Assembly: GCA_951406725.2 (NCBI GenBank)
Contig: OX597834.1
Span: 28,706,001-28,770,000, forward strand
Direction of reading: 5' to 3'
DNA length: 64,000 nucleotides
From: Octopus vulgaris
Lineage: Eukaryota
Numbering within the stretch: the stretch's first letter is position 1; every line of letters starts with the position of its first letter. The position numbers and the translations under genes were made by a program. A model generated the notes under the pieces. The model did no database searches. It saw only the letters and a list, made by a program, of their open reading frames with translations, and was not told where the DNA came from. Shown in pieces: positions 54,375-64,000 of the stretch.

Positions 54375-54676
54375 TGTGTGTGCGTAGGTATCTGTTGCTT
54401 GCTAAGAAATGCTGTTCACGTGTTATGGATTATTAATTGCGAATTCCAGCAAATCCACTTTAAGCAATTAAATCCACAATGTTATTTCGCGAAAGGAAAC
54501 TTCCGAGAGCTGATCCGGTTCGGACGTGATGTGGTTTATATTTTAACGTGAAAGAATTAAAAGAATAGGATAGCCTACAGAAAGACGACATTAACAGCTT
54601 CAACAGCAGCAACAGCAAAAACAGAAACGGCAGTGTACGAGGAGGAAAAAGAAGTCGTCGCCATGTTGTAGTATAA

Positions 54677-54749
<73 letters not shown>

Positions 54750-55326
54750 CACAATTCAATCGATTCTATCCTCTAGCTTACGAACGAACAATCTCTAATT
54801 CTAAAGCAACGGGAGAATTTTGTCTGAAATAGCCGGTATTTATCCGTCGCAATTGGTATTCACAACGTATCGTCTGCTTTTTCCTTCTACCGTTTCTGTT
54901 TTGTTTGTTTTATTTTATTTTATTTTATTTTTGTTGTTGCTCTTGTTGATATTGTTGTCCTTTTTGCTTCCGTTTTCTTTTTGCCAGCTCTACTGCTGAC
55001 CAACCAGTAAATCTCTTACAAATTCTTCACCATGTTCACTTTCGGTTCGTCTTCTTTTGGAGGGGTTTCTGTTCGGTTTTGTTCGGTTCTGTTCGGTTAT
55101 GTCCGGCTTTGTTGGAATTTAAAACAACAACAAAAAAGCTGAATCCCATACAAACATTAAATAAAATAACTTCGATCAAAGTGTGAGGGCAATACTAGAG
55201 GAGCGTGGGGGTTGGTGGGCAAGCTTATGAATTTATTTTCATTCTTTCTATGAATGTATGTGTAAATGTGTCTCTGGGAGGATGTGAGCACGTTTTTACG
55301 CGTGTGTGAATTTCTGTATGTTTTTA

Positions 55327-55862
55327 CAGGGTGCGGCGAAAAAACAACTTCGGATCTTTTCGGTTTGAACGGCAGTTTTTTCTAACGGTATCATATGAAA
55401 TTGTCACCCATAATTATGACCCTAGTATCGATCTATTGCATTTCAATCTGTTTTAGGGTTAGGGTTAGTTAGGGTTAGGGTTAGGGTTAGGGGCGGGGGA
55501 AAGGGTATCTTTTTTCCTTCACAAATGTAAATAAACCCAATCTGTTTCTTAAACAAGGGACATATTCATACGACACAACGTTTTTTTACCTAATGGATGT
55601 CATTGATTGGTTGAAATTGCAGAAATTGAAGAAAAACAACAACAAATATCTTACAAACCATAGAATTTTCTCAATAAAGCCAAGAGAAAAAGATGTTTTA
55701 TAAACACATTCTACCAGTATACGAAGTTTAAAAGGTTTTAGTTACCTAGAAGTTATGTTAAAAACTGCCGTTCAAACCGAAAAGATCCACAACTTCCCAC
55801 ATTAGCTACTGTAACGCCACAACAATGGCCGTGTCAAATAGAGGTTTTTCTGCCGCACCTTG
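55327..55862. mobile_element. Small Tc1/mariner-type MITE (host of the nested element)
   Basis: TA-cagggtgcggcgaaaaa ... tttttctgccgcaccttg-TA. Confidence 0.7.
55352..55788. mobile_element. Merlin-like MITE with (TTAGGG)n, nested in a mariner-type MITE
   Basis: TIR ggatcttttcggtttgaacggcagttttt; perfect 8-bp TSD acaacttc; six TTAGGG units at 55453-55492. Confidence 0.85.
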
Positions 55863-56146
55863 TATGGCCGCAGTACAATGAATAAAACGAAAACCAATAA
55901 CGAAATAAAAAGAAAGAAGACACTGCAGAGCATCTTGACCCATCCACCAACAACAGTAATTCCAAGCTGCACAGGCACTTGTTTTACCATGGGGCAACAT
56001 CGGTGGTAAAAAGACAAGGGAAGACTTGCATGCACGGGTAACTTAAGGACTTCCAAATAAAACTGTATCTAGATGAGAACAGAGAGGAAGAAATATTCCC
56101 GGTGCCTACCCATGGTTAAATGAGGCATACGGAAGCCGCGGACGGC

Positions 56147-56213
<67 letters not shown>

Positions 56214-56333
56214 CTTTCTATCTATCTCTTTATATAAGTTCAGTAAAAATTTAGATTTAGATGAATATGATACTTGAGTTGAAGGCACCAGAATTTAGTA
56301 TGGTATTATCCATATAGTTTAAAATGAGGTGAT

Positions 56334-56446
56334 TATAATCCAAATAAGCAACAAGGATATCCAGAGGTAATGCAGTATGATCGTTCATGGAGTCGCATGA
56401 AACGATCGTACTGCATTACCTCTGGATATCCTTGTTGCTTATTTGG

Positions 56447-56450
<4 letters not shown>
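56334..56450. repeat. Near-perfect ~55-bp hairpin from a PLE-type repeat tail
   Basis: tataatccaaataagcaacaaggatatccagaggtaatgcagta...tactgcattacctctggatatccttgttgcttatttggattata, 6-nt loop; related to 35500-35640. Confidence 0.85.
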
Positions 56451-56491
<41 letters not shown>

Positions 56492-56744
56492 CCACACACA
56501 CATACATACACATACATACATATATGTGCATGTGTGTGTGTATATATAGTGTGTATGCATATACATTTATGTACATAGTAGGTCGACTCTGTCGCAACGC
56601 TGCCGATAAAAATGTTACTCATGCACGTATCTTCATAAATTGCTCAAAGTGAAACTTTTTTAAAGCATGTGTTGCGTTTTCATGTTGAAAAACACAAAAA
56701 AACGTGCGCATGCGCACAAACAAACAGTCAAATACTATATATAT

Positions 56745-56813
<69 letters not shown>

Positions 56814-57367
56814 CTTTTATATCTTGTTTCAGCTAATAGAGTGCAGCCATGATGGAGCACTACCTTGAAAAATGTTTTAGCCGAATGGATCCACCCCATA
56901 ATATATATAAATATATGCATATATACATACATATATGTACATACCTACATATATATATGTATATATACATGCATATATGGGTACAGAACATAAACAAAAA
57001 AGTCCAACACAATGAGAAATGAAAACATAAAAACAAAAACATAGAAACGAACTTTTTTTCGAACAACGAAAACAACAAACAGAGAAACGAGAATACAACA
57101 TAAAGAATATTCCTCTTCTTCAGTTGTCCCTGTTTCATCTACTCCACGTTGCGAAGACAAGGACAAGACGCGACTTCGTTGAAACAGTCCTTCCCGCAAA
57201 GCAAATTAAATAAAATTTGGAACTTTTTGCGGATGGTGAAAAGTGGTAACAAGAACAGGACAGTGAGAACAAAACAGTAAAAACAAACAATGAAGGCTGT
57301 TAAGCCAAGACGATAGATAAATTCTGAACGCTAGGAGGACGAGCTTATGAAGAGACAGTATAAGCAC

Positions 57368-57446
<79 letters not shown>

Positions 57447-57855
57447 CTTTTCGGGATTAACAATGTTACCAATGGTTTCACGTGAAAAGGATTTCCACTA
57501 TCTTCAAGCCGTACACTTTTCACATTAAACAATCAGCATTGTTTTTTCTATCTATAAAGAACATTTATCCACCAAATGCACTCTCGTTGTTCGATACGAT
57601 ATATATCTGTCTGTATATAAACGCATATATGTAAATAAATAGATAATATATACACGTGCATGTACATATATGCACACATATAAACATAACTGCACACATA
57701 CACTCATACATACAAACGTAGTACATAGATACTAAAACACATACATACAAACGTAGTACATAGATACTAAAACACATACATACATTCCTGCATACGTGCA
57801 TACATGCATACACACGCACACACAGACAGACATACATACACACAGTCATATACAT

Positions 57856-57893
<38 letters not shown>

Positions 57894-58319
57894 ACACACA
57901 TGTATATATGTATATTTTTTAGCAATCTTGATAAGAACCAAACATTAAACGTTATTTTTGGCAACCGCCCAAAAAATCAGATTTTTTTCTAATATACTCA
58001 GAATATCGATAAAACAATTCTTTTAAAATAAATTAACCAAGATCGATCACTTTTCTTTGTGTTTTGTTGATTTTTTTTTCTTTTTGTGTGCGTGTGTGTG
58101 TGTGAGTGTGTGTGTGTTTAGTTCGGAATATTTTTGACAGCATCCTCAGTCAAAATGGCCGCAACTATGAAAAATTACTGCAAGTTTATTTTGGGCGGCA
58201 TCTAATTGCGGTATATAATGTAGCATGACTGTGGAATTACTGATTGCCACACCACCCACCCCACTCACCCTCGCACAACAGAAGTCCGCATACAGACACA
58301 CCACTTGTATACATACATA

Positions 58320-58402
58320 AGTGGACAGGCAGACAGGCAGACAAGTAGACAGACAGACAGTCAAACTGACAGACAGACAGATAGATAGATAGATAGATAG
58401 AT

Positions 58403-58479
<77 letters not shown>

Positions 58480-58500
58480 CAGATAGACAGACAGACAGAC

Positions 58501-58571
<71 letters not shown>

Positions 58572-58592
58572 TAGATAGATAGATAGATAGAT

Positions 58593-58623
<31 letters not shown>

Positions 58624-58744
58624 CAGATAGGCAGACAGACAGACAGATATATATAGAGAGAGATAGACAGACAGACAGACAGACAGATAGATAGATAGAT
58701 GGATAGATGGATAGATGGGTAGATAGATAGATAGATAGATAGAT
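58320..58744. repeat. (GATA/GACA)n microsatellite
   Basis: Direct inspection. Confidence 0.95.
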
Positions 58745-59019
58745 TATATTATATATTGTATTTGTTAAAATTTTTACTGATGTCGGCCATTGGATGGCAG
58801 CGATGTTGGGGTACAGAGTTCAAGCGTTTTTAACCAATCATATCGACCGCTGTACTTCTCAGTCTCGTATTTAATTTGCTGACCTATAGAGTATGTATAT
58901 GTGTATATATGCATGTTGGTACGTATGTATGTATACCTATGCATATATATATGTATACATGTATATGTATGAATGTATATATTTATGCATATGTATGTGT
59001 ATATATTTATGTAAACATG

Positions 59020-59073
<54 letters not shown>

Positions 59074-59324
59074 GTATGTGCATATATATATATCTATGTA
59101 TGCATATGCGTAGGCATTTATGCACACGCGTATGCATATGCATGTATATGTATGTATGTATGTGTACATGTATATATGTATTTATGTATATTTGCACATG
59201 TGTATATACGCGTGTTTGTAAGTTTATGTGTGTATATGTGAATGTATGTATGTATGTATGTGTGTGTATGTATGTGTGTATGTGCGTACGTACGTGTGTA
59301 TGTATGTATGTATGTATGTATGTA

Positions 59325-59395
<71 letters not shown>

Positions 59396-59649
59396 GATCC
59401 CGAAAGGATGAAAAACAAAGGTTACTTTTCATCCTTTTCCTGTTCGATAAACAAAAGTTTTAATCCGCTGGTGGGCGAGAGCCAATTCTTGGAACTGCCA
59501 GATATATACATGTGTATGCATTTATATGTATGTATACGTATGTGCGTGTGTTTGCGTCAGTACTCGTGTATATGTTTGCATGCAGTATAGCCCGAATGGC
59601 TAAGAAGTTGGCATCATAATCATCGAGTCCTAGTTTCGATTTCGTCTCC

Positions 59650-60970
59650 AGAAGGTGATCTCTGGCATGCTTTGATTGATTTCGGTGTCAAGTGCTGCAA
59701 AGAAGGAATGGAAATTAGTGTTTCGAAGACTGAGACACTGGTTCTCTCAAGAAAGTTTTCTCATTGTACTCTGCATATAAGTGGAACATCACTGAAGCAA
59801 AAATAGAGGCTTAAGGATCTCGGGGAAATATTCACGAGTGACGAGAGGCAGGAGACTGATTTGAATGCTCGAGAGGTTGTTAAAAAAAGCCAAACTTGCT
59901 GTCTTCAATTGGGTTTTCGTGCTTCTTCTCACCTCTGGTCGTGAATGCTGGAGTAATGTTACTCGACAGCGACCTAGACGTCTCTTCAAGACCTAAACGT
60001 TGCTTCAAGACCTAGAGGTCGCTTCAAAACCTAGACATCGCTTCAATATCTAGACGTCGCTTCAAGACCTAGACGTCGCTTCAAAACCTAGACGTCGCTT
60101 CAATATCTAGACGTCGCTTCAAGACCTAGACGTCGCTTCAAAACCTAGACGTCGCTTCAAGATCTAGACGTCGTTTCAAAACCTAGACGTCTCTTCAAGA
60201 CCTAAACGTTGCTTCAAGACCTAGACGTCGCTTCAAAACCTAGACATCGCTTCAAGATCTAGACGTCGCTTCAAGACCTAGACGTCGCTTCAAAACCTAG
60301 ACGTCGCTTCAAGATCTAGACGTCGCTTCAAAACCTAGACGTCGCTTCAAGACCTAGACGTCGCTTCAAGACCTAGACGTCGCTTCAAAACCTAGACGTC
60401 GCTTCAATATCTAGACGTCGCTTCAAGACCTAGACGTCGCTTCTACTAGACGTCGCTTCAAGACCTAGAAAACCTAGACGTCGCTTCAAGATCTAGACGT
60501 CGCTTCAAAACCTAGACGTCGCTTCAAGACCTAGACGTCGCTTCAAGACCTAGACGTTGCTTCAAGATCTAGACGTCGCTTCAAAACCTAGACGTCGCTT
60601 CAAAACCTAGACATCGCTTCAATATCTAGACGTCGCTTCAAGACCTAGACGTCGCTTCAAAACCTAGACGTCGCTTCAAGACCTAGACGTCGCTTCAAAA
60701 CCTAGACGTCGCTTCAAAACCTAGACGTCGCTTCAAGACCTAGACGTCGCTTCAAGTCGAGTCGCTACTTCTCTGCATTGAGAAGTTACAGCTTCTGTAC
60801 TATGGACATGCAATTAAAATATCGCAGGAAAGAATCGCAAGGCGGATTCTTTAAGCCGAACCAACTGGTAGACCAAAAATGGTAGACCAAAAAGTGGTAG
60901 ACCAAAAAGTGGTAGACCAAAAATGAAATGGTTGGATAATATCCATAGTCTCAGTTGATCACGCTTGTAA
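59650..60970 (+). mobile_element. Degraded RTE-clade LINE ORF2 C-terminus, interrupted by a 19-bp minisatellite
   Basis: GMEISVSKTETLVLSRK...LGEIFTSD before the array; VESLLLCIEKLQLLYYGHAIKISQERIARRIL..PTGRPK..KWLDNI after it. Confidence 0.75.
59971..60756. repeat. 19-bp minisatellite, about 41 copies
   Basis: Unit gacctagacgtcgcttcaa with single-base variants. Confidence 0.97.
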
Positions 60971-61436
60971 ATATGGCAGCAAAATTTATTGATGGTTGTT
61001 TCTGATAGGAACCAATTGAGGAGATACCTGAGAACTCTACACCCGCGACTATCTCTGAAACAGGGGGCAGGAAGACGGGTGGATCGATGGATCTTTTGTT
61101 TTAATCAGAATAAAATTAAAATATTTTAGGAGCCGGACATGGGATATTTTGGCCTTCACACTATTCCTGTTCTTCCTTTTGTTCTTTGACAACGTTTCAT
61201 CCTAGGACCAGATCTACAATGAAAGGGGCCCCAAGTCCGATTGCTACCATTCCTCTTGTTTAGCCCAATGGTTTTCAGCCATATTTTGCATACACATCCC
61301 TTTGATTCGTATTTTATTCAGGAAGAAAGGGAGCCCTCGTAACCATTTAATGTCTAAAACTACTATGTTTTCATGATTAAATATTATTAGGAATTGTATT
61401 TAAAACGATGTTCAAATATACTCTCTTTTTTTCTCT

Positions 61437-61640
61437 TTTTACTTGTTTCAGTCATTTGACTGCGGCCATGTTGGAGCACCGCCTTTAGTCGAGCAACTCG
61501 ACTCCGGGACTTATTCTTTGTAAGCCCAGGACTTATTCTATCGGTCTGTTTTGCCAAACCACTAAGTGACGGGGACGTAAACACACCAGCATCGGTTGTC
61601 AAGCAATGCTAGAGGGACAAACACAGACACACAAACATAT

Positions 61641-61693
<53 letters not shown>

Positions 61694-61850
61694 TACGACA
61701 GGCTTCTTTCAGTTTCCGTCTACCAAATCCATTCACAAGGCTTTGGTCGGCCCGAGGCTATAGTAGAAGACACTTGCCTAAGATGCCACGCAGTGGGACT
61801 GAACCCAGTACCATGTGGTTGGTTAGCAAGCTACTTACCACACAGCCACC
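61437..61850 (-). mobile_element. SINE family B copy
   Basis: Near full-length match. Confidence 0.88.
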
Positions 61851-62439
61851 CCTATGTTGTGTATTGTAGGAATATAACCAGATTATTGCTCATACATTTT
61901 AACTACAAAATCTTATATGGATCCCAGTTGAGAACCATTTGTTAAGCCCATTCTTTCTTCTTTCTTTTTTTAAGACTTATGAGTGTGACACGAGGATTTG
62001 GTTACTATTTCCAGCAGTCGACCACAATGAGATTCCCTGATTAGGGTCACTCACATCTTACTCTTTTTTAATACAATAGGCGGCGAATGTCAAAACAATT
62101 GTGAAAGGAGGATTTTTTTCTTTTAATTTTCTTCGACCAGGAAATGAAACCGCGTCGCCAAGAATCAAACTGACATACAGATCACCTCAGACATCACATT
62201 GCTCGCCCTTCAGAGAAAGACAGGAATAAATTATCCTGTCTTTATTTGTTTGTTTGTTTGTTTGTTTGTGCCTTCCTTCTTTCTTTCTTTTGTTACACAC
62301 ACGCGGGCGCGCGCACATGTACCAAACTCCAACATATCTATGTCTGATTGGTGGAAAACAAAACATTGGCGATCCATCGTGCGTCCTCTGTTATTTATAG
62401 AAACATTTTTAGACAGTGTCAAATCAATCAACCCACACA

Positions 62440-62942
62440 GAGAGAAGGAGAAGAAGAAGAAGAAGAAGAAGAAGAAGAAGAAGAAGAAGAAGAAGAAGAA
62501 GAAGGGGGAGAGGGAGGGAGGAAGAGACGAAGAGGAAGAGGAAGAGGAAGGGGAGGAGGAGGAGGGGAGACGAAGAAGGAGAAGAAGAAGAAGAAGAAGT
62601 TACAGAGAGCTATGAATAGAGTAAGAGAGAAAGAGAGAGCCACAAAGCGAGAGAAAGGTCAGAGAGAGAGAGAGAGAGAGAGATGGAGACAGAGAGAGAT
62701 GGAGACAGAGAGAGATGGAGACAGAGAGAGACGGTGAGAGAGTGAGAGAACTACAGAAAGAGAGAGAAAGAGTAACAGATACAAAGAGAGAATAACACAG
62801 AGAGTAACAGAGAGAGAGAAACAAAAAGATAGAGTAACAGAGATAAAGTAACAGAGAGAGAAAGAAAGAAATAAAGAGAGAGAGGGTAAGAGAGAGAGAG
62901 ATAAAGTAACAGAGAGATGGTAGCAGGGAGGAGGAGGAGGGG
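62440..62942. repeat. (GAA)n/(GA)n polypurine tract
   Basis: Direct inspection. Confidence 0.9.
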
Positions 62943-63423
62943 GTATTGTGAGAAGTTATAGTAATTGCCATAAAGTTAAATCTCTCTGAAGAAAAAAAAA
63001 GGAAAGGAAAAAATCCCCGCAGACTGAACGTCTCTTTCGTTTCCAACTCTCGCATTAGAATAAGAGAGGAATAGATTAGATTATGGTTGTTATTGCTGCT
63101 GTTGTTGTAGTTGTTGTTGTATGTAAGTAATGGAGATGTTTACACTGGATCAGTAGTACCAATTTGCTTTTATTTACTGAGCTACAGTATTTAATATCAA
63201 CCAACCTACCTATCTACGTATATATTTACATACATACATACATACGAACGTACATACATATATACATGCACACTATATACATTTACATACATACATACAT
63301 GTACATACATGCAAACATGTACATACATACATACATACATATACATACATACATACATACATACATACATACATGTACATACATACATACATACATACAT
63401 ACATGTACATACATACACATACA

Positions 63424-63455
<32 letters not shown>

Positions 63456-63948
63456 CATACATACATACATACATACATACATACATACATACATACATAC
63501 ATGTACATACATACATATACATACATACATACATACTTACGAACGTACATACATGCAAACATGTACATACATACATACATACATACATACATACATACAT
63601 ACATACATACATACATACATACACATACATACATACATACATACACACTACATGCATGTACATACATATATGCAAACATACATACATACATACATATATG
63701 CAAACATACATACATACATACATACATACATACATACATACATGCATACATACGAACGTTCATACATCCATACATACACACACACATACATACAAACATA
63801 CATACATACACACATACATCCATACATACATACATACATACATATATACATACATACATACATACATACATACATACATACATACATACACACACATACA
63901 TACATACATACATACATACACACACACGTACATACATACATACATACA

Positions 63949-63981
<33 letters not shown>

Positions 63982-64000
63982 GCTGATTACTCCTACTTCA

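Noticed and set aside
55453-55492. True telomere or chromosome fusion site
   Set aside because: Only six units, enclosed within a TIR/TSD-bounded MITE.
54460-56056. Candidate first exons of the C16orf89-like gene (MVKN|GTAAGA at 55020-55033; hydrophobic ORFs at 54460-54759 and 55802-56056)
   Set aside because: Could not be joined in phase to the 51834 exon and lack the expected conserved N-terminal motif; one overlaps a MITE.
59971-60756. CRISPR-like short repeats
   Set aside because: Contiguous 19-bp units with no spacers, embedded in a LINE relic.

Overview
Repeat-rich eukaryotic genomic DNA, most likely an octopus (inferred from the tRNA-headed SINE families and extreme (TA)n/(CA)n/(TATG)n microsatellite density). 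Two spliced genes lie in tandem on the minus strand. (1) A phytochelatin synthase with three coding exons (4341-4736, 2424-2646, ~418/407-789), an intact Cys-His-Asp triad and a putative promoter near 7.9-8.3 kb. (2) A C16orf89/UPF0764-like gene with six phase-consistent exons between 51834 and 35100; its N-terminal exon(s) were not found in the window. The rest is SINEs, LINE/Penelope/mariner/hAT remnants, MITEs, two TE-derived minisatellites (63 bp x ~35, 19 bp x ~41) and microsatellites; most ORF-track entries are microsatellite artefacts. The most notable hidden signal is a set of minimal type I hammerhead ribozyme motifs in unrelated small (TA)n-flanked elements: four with complete cores, a CUGUYGA core-variant family, and several decayed copies. 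One sits in a 352-nt monomer plus 31-nt terminal repeat that looks like a non-LTR retrozyme. All calls were made by eye; no searches or folding programs were run.
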